The notes below the pieces were generated by a model. The model worked only from the letters and a program-made list of their open reading frames with translations, had not been told where the DNA came from and ran no database searches. The position numbers and the translations under genes are program-made. A DNA stretch of 63,995 nucleotides, filler included, from Octopus bimaculoides (taxonomy: Eukaryota): the NCBI RefSeq assembly GCF_001194135.2. It is 4 parts of 4 records of this genome, joined end to end, with 100 filler letters (N's around TTAATTAATTAA, not from the genome) between each part and the next. Parts side by side here need not be neighbours in the genome. Positions count along the whole stretch, not along the records: positions 1 to 28,772 come from NC_068988.1; 3 more parts are not named here. One strand, given 5' to 3'. The number at the start of each line of letters is the position of its first letter. Position 1 is the stretch's first letter. Of the stretch, positions 1 to 11,573 are shown piece by piece.

Positions 1-1179
1 TTTGGCAGTAATTACAGCTTGAATTCTATGAGGTATAGACTCATACAAAGTTTAAATTGTTTCCAAAGGAATTTTTGTCCATTCTTCAGCTAAAACAGTC
101 TCCAGTTCTTGTACTGATGATGGTGAAGGATATCGACTCCTTACTTGTTTTTCTAAAATGCACCATAAATGTTCAATAATATTGAGATCTAGGGATTGTG
201 GTGACCAGATAAGATGTTCAACTTCACTAGAATGTTCTTTGTGCCATTCAGTAACAACTTTAGCTGTGTGAATTGGTGCATTATCATCCTGAAAGATTGC
301 GTTTCCCTCCAGAAACAGTTCCGCAACCATAGGATGAACTTGATCAGATAAAATGCTTTAATAGTCTTGACTATTAATTCTGCCATGAAAGGAAACTATT
401 CGGCTGGTAGATTTCCACGATATAGCCCGACAGATCATCATAGATCTTCCTCCATGTTTAACAGTTGGAAGAAGGCAGTCTGGGTCAAATGCTACTTTTG
501 GCTGTCTCCACATGTATACTTGGCCGGTGGTTGGAAATAAGATAAAGGATGACTTATCCGAGAAAATAACATTCTTTCACTGCTCTAGGAACCACTTCTG
601 TCGGTTTTTACTCCACTCTAAATTCTTTGCAATGTTTATTTTTTAAAGTAGTGGTTTTCTGATTGCAGTGCTCCCGTGAAATCCAGCTTTGTGCAGCTCT
701 TGGTGAACAGTTTTTGTGGAAACTGGGTTCTCGAGATGGTCATTAAACTCTGCAGTAATTTTGGGAGCTGTACATTTGTGATCCTTTCTAACAATTTGCA
801 TAAGAGTCTGACAGTCCCTATCTGAAAGTTTTGGTTTTCCTCCTGAGTTTTGTTTCGATGAGGAGGTTTTTCCCTCTTTTTCAAAGGCTGACATTACTTT
901 TGAGTACTTTTTGATATACCAAACATTTTGGCTGTTTTCATTATGCTACCACCTGCCAAATGAGCACCAACAATTTGACCTCTTTGAAAGTTCGATAGAT
1001 TTGTCATTTTAATGAATTTTAATTACCCTTTTCTTATGATATCTGAAAAGAAACAGCAATTTTAGCAAAACATATTAAGCAACACTAACAGTAAATCAAA
1101 AAACATAAAAATAAACAAGCTTTTGATGGTTTTATAGCTAATTCAAAATTATGATGCTATTATACTAGGTGTTTCCATT
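1..1179 (-). mobile_element. Tc1 DNA transposon, decayed (copy 1; cut by the window start and a gap)
   Basis: Minus-strand ORFs 643-894 (HTH, KTSSSKQNSGGKPKLS) and 52-330 (FQDDNAPIH, WSPQSLDLNIIEHLW); ends in the TIR start AGGTGTTTCCATT also seen in copies 2-4. Confidence 0.9.
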
Positions 1180-1989
1180 NNNNNNNNNNNNNNNNNNNNN
1201 NNNNNNNNNNNNNNNNNNNNNNNNNNNNNNNNNNNNNNNNNNNNNNNNNNNNNNNNNNNNNNNNNNNNNNNNNNNNNNNNNNNNNNNNNNNNNNNNNNNN
1301 NNNNNNNNNNNNNNNNNNNNNNNNNNNNNNNNNNNNNNNNNNNNNNNNNNNNNNNNNNNNNNNNNNNNNNNNNNNNNNNNNNNNNNNNNNNNNNNNNNNN
1401 NNNNNNNNNNNNNNNNNNNNNNNNNNNNNNNNNNNNNNNNNNNNNNNNNNNNNNNNNNNNNNNNNNNNNNNNNNNNNNNNNNNNNNNNNNNNNNNNNNNN
1501 NNNNNNNNNNNNNNNNNNNNNNNNNNNNNNNNNNNNNNNNNNNNNNNNNNNNNNNNNNNNNNNNNNNNNNNNNNNNNNNNNNNNNNNNNNNNNNNNNNNN
1601 NNNNNNNNNNNNNNNNNNNNNNNNNNNNNNNNNNNNNNNNNNNNNNNNNNNNNNNNNNNNNNNNNNNNNNNNNNNNNNNNNNNNNNNNNNNNNNNNNNNN
1701 NNNNNNNNNNNNNNNNNNNNNNNNNNNNNNNNNNNNNNNNNNNNNNNNNNNNNNNNNNNNNNNNNNNNNNNNNNNNNNNNNNNNNNNNNNNNNNNNNNNN
1801 NNNNNNNNNNNNNNNNNNNNNNNNNNNNNNNNNNNNNNNNNNNNNNNNNNNNNNNNNNNNNNNNNNNNNNNNNNNNNNNNNNNNNNNNNNNNNNNNNNNN
1901 NNNNNNNNNNNNNNNNNNNNNNNNNNNNNNNNNNNNNNNNNNNNNNNNNNNNNNNNNNNNNNNNNNNNNNNNNNNNNNNNNNNNNNNNN

Positions 1990-2024
<35 letters not shown>

Positions 2025-2031
2025 TTTATAT

Positions 2032-2908
2032 AGGGAGAATTCACAAAAAAACAAAAGACGAAGACAAGTGGTGTAGACAACAAACAGATGTATTAGTTTA
2101 ATGCTTGAGAAGTGAAAAAATCTTTAACGTTTCGAGCCTACACTCTTCCACAGAAAGGAACACAGAAAGAAACAAGGAGAGAAAATAAAGAATGAGTAGT
2201 GGCTAGCGATCCATCATGGCGAATGCCGGACAGAGGGGTCACACAGGAGAGCTAGGAAGAAGGGGAGATAATAAAGTAGTGGTGATCCTAAAACATGCGC
2301 GTGCATGTGTATAAGAGAATATGTATGTGTGTGTGGAAGAGAGCAAGTGACCTTGACGTGTGCATGTGTATGTGTAGGTGTGTGGATGTGGGGCTGGGAA
2401 GTGGTCAGTGCTAGTGTGTGCATGGTGGTGTGATGTGATGTGGTGCTGCGTGGTATGGTGTAGTGGTGTAGTGGTGTGTGGTGTGATGGTGTTGGGAGGT
2501 GGGGAAAGCAAAGGTGGGGTGTGGGTTAGATTGAGGGTGGAGGTAGAGGTGGGGTATGTGTGAGTGGGTGTAAAGGATGGGGTAGGGTGGAATGGGACAG
2601 TTAGGGAAGGTGGGGTTGGATTGTGTAGGGGTTATGAAGGAAGGTTGACGATGAAGGGGGAAGGGAGAAGGTGGGTAGGAGTGACGAGAAGAGAGGAAAG
2701 AAGGGGAGAGAGGAGAGGGGAGGAGAGTTGAGCCCATGTGGTGCAACGGAGTGAAGAGAGAAGATTAATCCCTGTTCACGGTGCAAACAGGAGTCTGAAT
2801 GGCCCCTGTGCAAGGCCAATCCAAACATAGACAGGTGTTGCAAAGAGTGACCAGTAGAGCGGAAATGGTGCGAGACTGGGGTGTCATTGCTGAGTTGGAT
2901 GTCTCCGA
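2032..2908 (-). mobile_element. Penelope-like element 3' end (GIY-YIG C-terminus plus 3' UTR/pLTR)
   Basis: Minus translation DTPVSHHFRSTGHSLQHLSMFGL...HREQGLIFSLHSVAPHGLN matches the PLE endonuclease C-terminal pattern; followed by low-complexity UTR and a hammerhead-like core. Confidence 0.8.
2122..2157 (-). ncRNA. Minimal hammerhead-like motif with variant core (CUGUGGA)
   Basis: Minus strand CTTT CTGTGGA A GAGT-GTAG-GCTC GAA ACGT T AAAG: helix I 4 bp, helix II 4 bp, palindromic helix III; position A6 is U. Confidence 0.45.
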
Positions 2909-3031
2909 GACATATATTTTATATATATATACATACACACATCATCATTTAACATCCATTTGTATGATAATGTTGTATATATATGTGTGTATACATACAT
3001 CCATATTCTCTATATACCAATTGTGTATATA

Positions 3032-4090
3032 CAGGTTGGGGCAGAGAGGATGGACGTTTTTGAAATTTTTCACAAAATCATTAATTTTAGCTGCAAACAA
3101 ATTTTATTGACATCAGTATGTTTGTATATTTGTCAAAATCAAGTGTGGAAAACAATATCCATCATGTGGTGTCCGTTTTCATTGATGCATTTCTGAAGGC
3201 ATTCTTGGAAGTTGGCCTCCCTCTCTCCAGCATTGCTCTGTTGATTCGGCAACTTCCACATGAATAGCTTCCTTCAAATCATCCAATGTATGGGGTATAT
3301 GCACATACACATTTGCCTTGAGGTTTCCCCATCAGGAATAATCACACATGGACAAATCAGAGGACTAAGCGGGGTGGCCAAGGAATGTCAGCAAACCTGG
3401 AAATGAAGCGGTCACCGAAGAGAGGGTGAAGAATATCTATTGACACTCTGGCTATGGGCCGTCACCCCATCCAACTGAAACCATACACATCGAACAGGCT
3501 TATGTTTTCATTATAATTCAGACACAAAGAAGTTGTTTATCATCTCGATGTAATGCTTGGAATTCACAGTAACAGCATTTCCATTATTGTCTTCAAAAAA
3601 GTAAGGACCAATGATGGCAGCTTTTCCAACAGCACACCACACCATCACTTTTGGGCTCTGCAGTGGTCTTTCATGCAGTTCGCTCAGATTTTCAAGAGCT
3701 TGTCTGATGATGTCTGATGTGTTCCACATTTTCTGGGATCTGTACCGTTCATGGCACCCACACCAGTCTCCTATTTATTAGTGTACCTCGTGTATGAAAT
3801 GCATTCACCCAACGTAAGATTGTGTTACAGGTGGGAACAGCCTTATTTCGGTGTATGTTGAAGTGGTGCCGAGACTCATGTTGTACTTTTGTGACAGACT
3901 TGTTGTTCTTCATATAACTGTCGGAGGCAAACATGCGATGCTCTGTTGTCCACAGCACCATGGCTTCACCTAAAAATTAAAAAAATGCTAAGATACCATG
4001 GACCGAATAGTACCTATTGGACATATGTCCCTCCCTCTGGGGCTGAGTGACAGCCACTTCATAAACGTCCGTCCTTTCTGCCCCACCTTG
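3032..4090 (-). mobile_element. Tc1/mariner-superfamily transposon with DUF4817-like HTH N-terminus, decayed
   Basis: ~33 bp imperfect TIRs (CAGGTTGGGGCAGAGAGGATGGACG / CGTCCGTCCTTTCTGCCCCACCTTG), TA flanks; ORFs WTTEHRMF...TILRWV and PKVMVWCAV...IIGPYFFE...TVNSKHY. Confidence 0.88.
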
Positions 4091-4414
4091 TACACACACA
4101 CACACGCACACACACATTAATTTCCAATCTTCCTTCATTTCCCGTGCTCCATGAAAACATATCTACCCATGGAGAGAAATTTCCTTGGTTTAAAACAGTT
4201 GAAGATTGGTGATAGGATAGATATATTTGGTAGGAGACCTGTGATCAGAAGTCTTCAAAATGAATTTGGTATATTTAAATTCAATGTTACATATTTCTTT
4301 ACAGGATAGGAGTTACAAAGGTATACATTTAGAAAAAACGTATAGTATCTTTTATCTGTACTTCTTCAAACAAAGATTGGAAAGTAATATGAGATCACAG
4401 CTTGGATTATACAC

Positions 4415-4705
4415 CTACACCTATCTTTTATCTTTTCATGTTTCAGTCATTTGGCTGTGGCCATGCTGGAGCACCACCTTGAAGGGTTTTAGTTAAACAA
4501 ATCAATCCCAGGACTTTTTTTTTAAAGCCTAGTACTTATTCTATTGGTCTTTTTTGCTGAACTGCTGAGTTACAAGGACATAAACACATCAACACTGGTT
4601 GTCAATCATGCCAGAACCTGGTGCTGCCCTTGGCTTCACCAGCTCTGGTCAAACTGTCCAACCCATGTAAGCATGGAAAATGGCCGTTAAATGATGATGA
4701 TGATA
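4415..4705. repeat. SINE family 1 3' half (minus) fused to an RTE 3' tail fragment (plus)
   Basis: GTTTCAGTCATTTGGCTGTGGCCATGCTGGAGCACC matches the SINE at 53423-53826; TCCAACCCATG...GTTAAATGATGATG matches the RTE tails. Confidence 0.7.
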
Positions 4706-4744
4706 TATACATATATGGATGGGTGGATGTGTGTGTATGTCATT

Positions 4745-5620
4745 ATTCAGTTTTATTTAGAGAAAGAGCTGTACATTATTTACATTTGACGGATATTTCG
4801 GCTGATATACTCTCCAGCCTTCTTCTGGTATTTTATTATTATTATTATTATTATTATTCATGTTACTGCCTGGAATCGAACTCGGAATCTTGAGGTTAAT
4901 AGCCTGAGCTCTTAAGCACTACGCCATATGCCCATGGGCAAGTATGGAGTGAATTTTAGGGCTTATAAATCTAATATTTTCCTATCCTTCCTTAATACCG
5001 GTTCCCATATGCTGCTCATATCTGCACTCGGTCTGCTTAGGAGGTTGTTGTGTCCTAGCATATGTGCTGCTTCTTTTAGCTTTCGTATTTTCCAGTGCTG
5101 TTCTCTGTCTATTATTTTAACTTCATCCTACAGGGGGAGGTGGTCTCCATTTTTCCATCCATGATCAGCTATAATTGATTTATCAATATCTCCCTGTGTC
5201 ACAGCTTTGTAATGTTCCTCTACCCTTATTTTGAGGGGGAGGCATGTTTCGCCTTTGTATAACCTACCACAGCTGCATTGGATGTAGGACACGCAGTCTT
5301 TGGTCATATTTTCTTCTATTGGTGGTTTTACTCAAAGGAGATATTTGTGAGGTGCTATATTACTCTTGAATACTGTCCTGGTGTCAAATGGGTGCATATC
5401 TTTTGTATCTTTTCGGAGAGGCCTTTCACATAGGGTGTACAGACTGTGGTCAGTTTATGGGTTTCATCCTCTCTCTTCTTCCTAATTGGAGTGGATACTA
5501 TGTTTTTGGAGTAGTTGTTGCTTAATAGATTGTTACTTAGCTTGATCATTTCTTCATGGTTTGTATCAGGATTGCTACTTATATTCTTTGCTCGATGTTT
5601 TAGGCACTCTTTACACAAAT
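4745..5620 (-). mobile_element. Penelope-like retroelement 3' part (linker plus GIY-YIG endonuclease plus 3' end)
   Basis: Minus translation TVCTPYVKGLSEKIQKIC...CVSYIQCSCGRLYKGETCLPLKIRVEEH...SIIADH...WKIRKLKEAAH; hammerhead-like core at ~4790-4828. Confidence 0.85.
4865..4933 (-). other. tRNA-like Pol III head (A/B boxes) inside the Penelope 3' region
   Basis: GGGCATATGGCGTAGTGCTTAAGAGCTCAGGCTATTAACCTCAAGATTCCGAGTTCGATTCCAGGC: A box TGGCGTAGTG, B box GAGTTCGATTC. Confidence 0.55.
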
Positions 5621-6340
5621 GTCTCTCTTGCATGTCACATCTAATGCTTCTTATGTCCAACATTTCTTTCAGGGTGCTTACACTCTGTTGTGTATGCACA
5701 CTGGCATTACACATCCAGCAGATCATGCTAGCTTCATTTCTTTCAAGCCTACACATGTCTTCCGCAGTCACAGCCTATGTTTCACTGTCGTGAAGCATGG
5801 CAGTTCACACACAGGCATCGTACAATCTACCTTTCACTCTGAGTGAGAGGACCTTTGTCACCAGTAGGGGTAGGAGCTTTCTGAACTTTGCCCAGGCTAT
5901 TCTTATTCTAGTGGTAACACTCTCTGAGCATCCATCCCCACTACAGACTTGGTTACCTAGGTAGCAGAAGCTATCATCTATTTCTAGTTTCTTCCCCTGG
6001 CATGTGATGGAGTCTGTTTTCTGAGCATCTGTAGTGTTTATTACCCCTGTGCATCTGCCGCACATGAAAGCTATCTTCCCAGTTAATCTTCCTTTGATGT
6101 TGCTGCACCACTTATGTGTCCATCGCTTACATTGGGTACATCTTATGGAGTTTCTACTTGCATGTTTTCTACAGATTGCGCAAGGCCACCTACCTGAAGG
6201 GGTGTGTGATGCTTGCCTTCCTACTTACTAGAACTTTGGTCTTTACAACATTGACTCTAAGGCCCTTCATTTCTAAACCTTGCTTCCACACCTGAAATTT
6301 CTTCTCTAGTTCTGGTAGCGATTCTAAAATATGTAGGTTC
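5620..6340 (-). mobile_element. RTE-clade LINE fragment (RT C-terminal region with Cys-rich insert)
   Basis: EKKFQVWKQGLEMKGLRVNVVKTKVL...FCYLGNQV...RIRIAWAKFRKLLPLL...LRVKGRLYDACV; stops and frameshifts present. Confidence 0.9.
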
Positions 6341-6462
6341 CAGCGTATATAATTCCTCATCTCTCAAATATAGAACTGAGAAAGAGCTGGTTTCTAACTT
6401 AGATCCAATGCTCTGTCATTGGAATTTCAACAACATCAACAGGGTATTTTTGTATGTATGTA

Positions 6463-7735
6463 TGAGGGGGTACCAAAAAGTAACTGGAAACGTTCTCTTA
6501 GAGACAAGCCTGTTGTAGTTCAGGCTTCCACCACTAGAAGCCACTTGATATGACCCCCAGTCATCAGTCTGCCAACCAGCATCTTTGTTTTGCAATGCTT
6601 CTTCCCGGTTTGTTGATTTGTGATGGCTGAAACAAAGGAACAGCATGCGTCCATGTAATTCTGTTTCTGCTGGGGGAAATGGCAGCCAAAAGAGTTGTCA
6701 TGCTTCAAACAACTTACAAGGCTACTGCCATGAGCAAAACAAAGCTTACGAGTGGTTTTCACGCTTTAGGAATGATCATGTGTTGCTTGAAGATCAACCT
6801 CGTTCAAGGTGACTGTCAACCTCCTGAACGAATGAAAATATGAAAATTCATTAACTGAACTTAGAGGACCATTGCCTAATAACTGATAAACTTGTTGATA
6901 TGACTGGTGTATCCCGAAGCTCTTGCTAATGAATTTTGAGTAAGGAATTGTGAATGAAAATAGTTGCAGTAAAATTTGTGCCTCACTTGCTCACGGAAAA
7001 TCAAAAGCAGTTACAACTGAATGTGCCATGAATTGAAAAAACAGTTGGAAGTTAATCTGAACCTTTTTCCGAAGGTCATCATTGGTGATGAAAGCTATGA
7101 TCTGGAAGCGAAGCAGCAATCAAGTCAATGGAAGCATTCAATGTCACCATGGCCCCCAAAAAGTGCAAGTGAAGTTCAATGTCAAGACAATGCTGATTTG
7201 TTTCATTGATACAAAAGGAATTGTCCACACAGAATTTGTTCCTCCTGGTCAAACTGTTAACCAGACATTTTACTTGGCAGTTCTGAAGTGTTTGTGAGAT
7301 GCAGTGAGACAAAAACATCCTGACCTGTGGTAAAGTGGAGAGTGGTGGTTTCATCATGACAATGCACCTGCACACACCACTTGGAGTGTGAGACAGTTTT
7401 TGATCAAAAATGACATGGCCCCTCTTACCTGCCTTCCTGATTCACCTGGTCTTACTCTTTGTGAATTCTTTTTTTTGTTCCCCGAATGAAAAAAGTCCTT
7501 AAAGGAAAACGTTTTGCAGATGTGGAAGAAGTGAAGAAAAAAAAAAACCATGGGGACGTTAAAAGGCATCACTTTGCAAGAGTTCCAGCACTGCTTCGAA
7601 CAGTGGAAAATGCATCTGGACCGATGCATTGCTTCAAATAGAGAATACCTTGAAAGCTATAAAAGTGTAAACATGTAAAACTAAGTGAATAAAATAATAT
7701 TGCAAAATTCTGGTTTTATTTTGGGTAACTCCTTG
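6463..7735 (+). mobile_element. mariner (DD34D-type) transposon, near full length, decayed
   Basis: YEWFSRF, KFVPHLLTENQKQ, IIGDESYD, KTMLICFIDTKGIVHTEFVPPGQTVN, FHHDNAPAH; degenerate TIRs, TA flanks. Confidence 0.9.
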
Positions 7736-7744
7736 TATAAGTGC

Positions 7745-8016
7745 AGGCCAGTACCGCTGGACTGGCTCCTGTGCAGGTGGCACGTAAAATATACCATTTC
7801 AAGTGTGGCCGTTGCCAGTACCGCCTGACTGGCCTTCGTGCCGGTTGCACGTAAAAGCACCCACTACACTCTCGGAGTGGTTGGCGCTAGGAAGGGCATC
7901 CAGCTGTAGAAACTCTGCCAAGTCAGATTGGAGCCTGTTCCACCAGTCCTCAGTCAAATCGTCCAACCCATGCTAGCATGGAAAGCGAACGTTAAACAAT
8001 GATGATGATGATGATG
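7745..8016 (+). repeat. RTE LINE 3' UTR copy with (GAT)n tail
   Basis: GGCACGTAAAAGCACCC...GGAAGGGCATCCAGCTGTAGAAAC...TCCAACCCATGCTAGCATGGAAAGCGAACGTTAAACAATGATGATG. Confidence 0.75.
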
Positions 8017-8149
8017 CATATAGTTACATGTCTAGACATGCTCATATGTATGTATGTTTGTATGTATGTATGTATGTATGTATGCCTGTATGTTTGGATG
8101 TATGTATGTATGTGAGTGTGTATACATACATATATACATACATTTCTAA

Positions 8150-9350
8150 AAAAATACCAAACAGGAAATTCTCAGGCCTAGATCTTATTACAGGATATTG
8201 GTTTAAAAACGTCAATTTTTATTGGCTGGATTTAATAAGACTATTTGAGAAGCGTATCAAGGTTACTTTAAATGTGTCCATATGGCTGTCAACAGTCATC
8301 ACACTTCCCATCCCTCAAAATAGCCAAATCATTGAAGCTATAAATTACCATCCAACAGCCTGCCAAAACATTATATATAAGATATACTTTAGCTGCCTCA
8401 ACCTTTTTCTGTAAGATCATTGTACCACTAATGATATTGTAACCACAGAACAAGTCGGGGGGAAAAGAATGAAATGTAGTGATGTGTTGAGTAGCTACTA
8501 GTTAACAAAATGATGCAAGAAAGAACAATAAAGAATCACAAAAACTTGGCTGGACTGTCAAAAAGCCTTTGATAGTATACCACATGGGTGGATTATCAAG
8601 GTACTGTGACTACCAAAGTAACTATCTTGCCCAAGTTTGCAAACATGAAATCAACAACATAATTGAGATAGTTAATGAACTTGAGGAGAAGTATGAAACA
8701 GAGGGCTGATACAGATTTCTCCCCAAGGAGCATCGATAAATTCTATTTATCAAAAGATCAAAATATAAAAAAAAAAGTTCTCAGTTAAATGAGAAGATAA
8801 TTCATGGGTACTCAGTACAAAAGACACGAACCATAAGGGGAAGTGATCATATAAAAAATTTGGCATGGACTAACGACAAGTTTATGACATCTCATTTTGA
8901 AGACTATCTCCCACAAAGTACCTGCAGCACAAAAGGCAGAAAGCATTGACAGACAACAAATGTAGGCTTGCAAAACCAAGACTGAAGACATCAGCCACAT
9001 TATTGCCAACTACAAGAGAATGTCTTCTAGATATTATCTTTCCATGAGGCAGATGCAATAGCCTGAATAGTCTATAATGAGGTAAGGAAAAAGAAAACAC
9101 CAACAGACAAAGTTGGCTATATTGAGACCAATGGATCAAAAGAATATTGGTGGAACTTAAAAATTTAAGCAGTCACTGAGTTAAAACACAACTGACCAGA
9201 TTGTGGTGTGTGGGACAAGATAAAGATAAGCTCTGTTGTGGAAATCAGCTGTCTACTGGACACCAATATGGTCAGAAAAATACCAAAAAAAAGGGGGGTA
9301 TTTCTGGACCACTGATAAAGAATTTCCAAATCCAATACCCAAGATACAAT
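8150..9350 (+). mobile_element. R4/Dong-like non-LTR retrotransposon (RT, CCHC, restriction-like endonuclease), internally deleted
   Basis: GLDLITGYWFK...NYHPTACQNIIYKIYFSCLN; WLDCQKAFDSIPHGWIIKVL; KCRL...TEDISHII; VVWDK...VVEISCLLDTN...GPLIKNFQIQYP. Confidence 0.8.
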
Positions 9351-9351
9351 C

Positions 9352-9455
9352 TCAGCTTCACATCTAGTATGGTGACTTTCACCTTACTGACAGCATCCCT
9401 ATACATGGCTTTTACAGCTCTCACCAACCACTCATGTATCCCACCAGAACGTAAG
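9352..9455 (-). mobile_element. RTE LINE RT fragment
   Basis: LRSGGIHEWLVRAVKAMYRDAVSKVKV in ORF 9272-9499. Confidence 0.65.
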
Positions 9456-9989
9456 CGAGCAAGACAAATGAAAAGATACAAAATATAAAGATTAATCATA
9501 GACTGGTTTCGTTGTCACCACTTACGTAATTACTAACGTAATTGTCCACAATTCTTCAGTATGATCATCTTGGCAATATAATTTGCAGAACTATACACGA
9601 GACGTCTGTGTGAGATTGAACATGTATATAGTTTTACCAATTACATTTGGGGTTATATTTCAAAAGTATTGGTTCTGGCACACCAAATACCAGAAATAAT
9701 TCTGCAGAAAATAATTCTGCAGAAAATAATTCTTTGCAGCGAATTTTGCCGGTTAGAGAACATGGTTATTTAGATTTAAATAATAAGGGTGAAAAATTGA
9801 ATATTAATTTGATTAATATCAATTTAAAACCAGTGGCCTAGCATATTGAAAAATATGGTGGGTAAACAGGTTTGCATAATTATCTGGACCATTGTTTCAT
9901 CTGAATGACTTGTTGTTGCTAAGGAACAGCATATTCTTCCCTAAAACTGTCTGGCTATACATAACACATATAGCAGCAACAACAACTAT

Positions 9990-10290
9990 AAAAACATTTA
10001 ACGTCTATCTTCCATGCATGCATAGGTAGGACAGTTGACAGGAGCTGGCCAGGTAGAAAAACTACCTTAGGCTACTGTGTCTGTTTTGGTAAAGATTTTA
10101 ACACCAATCACTGAGTGGACTCAGTGCTTTTTACGTGGCATTAACACAGTCAAAGTTAGTTTTGGCATGATTTGTACAGCTAGATGCCCTTCCAAACACC
10201 AACCACATTACAGTGTGGACTGGATGCTTTTAACGTAGCACCAGCACTGGCAGGGTAACCAAGTAACTCAGAAGACAAGGAATTATGAGA
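9990..10290 (-). repeat. Diverged RTE 3' UTR copy
   Basis: CATTTAACGTC..TTCCATGC start and TACAGCTAGATGCCCTTCCAAACACCAACCAC core. Confidence 0.55.
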
Positions 10291-10498
10291 GGGGGAGGGC
10301 ATTTGAAGAGGGGAACTTGTGTCAGAGGATGAAAGGTTAGAGTGTGACAAAGAGACAGAGACAGAAGCAGGTGTCTTGCCACAACAGAGGGGACATTAGA
10401 GGAGGTGATCCAGTATCAAATGATGAAAGGTTAGAATATAACAGGGAAACAGAGAGGCAGAAATAGGTGTCTTGCTATAGAGGCGGTATATGGTTACC

Positions 10499-10536
<38 letters not shown>

Positions 10537-11019
10537 GGGAGAGATAGAAAGGGAAAGTGAGAGAGAGAAAAGAGATAGAGAGTGAGAGAAAGGTACATGA
10601 AAGAGGCCAGAAAGAAGTGTGCTGGTGTGGCGGTGATACTTGGTTACCTAGTCAGAGGAAAATCAAGAGAAGGAGAGAGAAAATGACCAAAGGGAAAGAG
10701 AGAGAAAGAGTAGGAAACAGCAAAAGTGTAAGAGAGAGCAGAAGAGAGACGGTGTAGCGCTAGGGTATACTCACAAGTAACAAGAATATGAGTGCAGAAC
10801 CTGGTTAGAAAAATAGAATGCGATTGTGTGTGTTGGTGGTGTGAGTAGCAGTGATACAGTGAGCACGGCAGTGAGGACAAGAAAGGGGATTGGAAAACAA
10901 TCATAGTTTATGAAGAGGAAATGTGAAGAAGAGAAAGATGCAGTTAGAAGAGGAGTTGTAGTTCGATTTCTTAGGGCAGAGTGGGTGAAAAGTGTGTTGT
11001 TGCATGTGGGTGGGACACA

Positions 11020-11310
11020 ACTCTTCTAGCACTCAGTTTCATGGACAGGTCTTCTCTAGGACCTCATATTGCCAAACATCTTGGTCTACTGTCATTTCTT
11101 CCATGAGCCCCAACATCCTAAGACCAGTCCTCACCACTTCATCCCATGTCTTCCTGGGTCTCCCTCTTCCACAGGTACCATCCACCCATAGTGACCGACA
11201 CTTCTGTATGCAGCTGTCTTCACTCATATGCATCACATGTCCAAACCAATGCAGTCTCCTCTCCTGTGTACCACATTTAATCTCTCTTATGGGTAACTTT
11301 TCTCTGAACA
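11020..11310 (-). mobile_element. RTE LINE ORF 3' end
   Basis: QERRLHWFGHVMHM...GTCGRGRPRKTWDEVV...VWQYEVLEKTCP. Confidence 0.85.
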
Positions 11311-11311
11311 C

Positions 11312-11376
<65 letters not shown>

Positions 11377-11573
11377 TGTTCTCATATACAAAAAGATGAA
11401 GTAGTCGTAGGTCTGCTGGTTAAGATTGCTTCACAGCCTTAGGGTTTCGAATTCAATCCTACAGCGTAGCATCTTTGACACATGTATTTTAATATTGCCC
11501 TAGACTGACCAATGCCTTGTGAATGGATTTGGTTGAGAGTAACAGTACAAAGTCTGTTGCATGTACACACATA

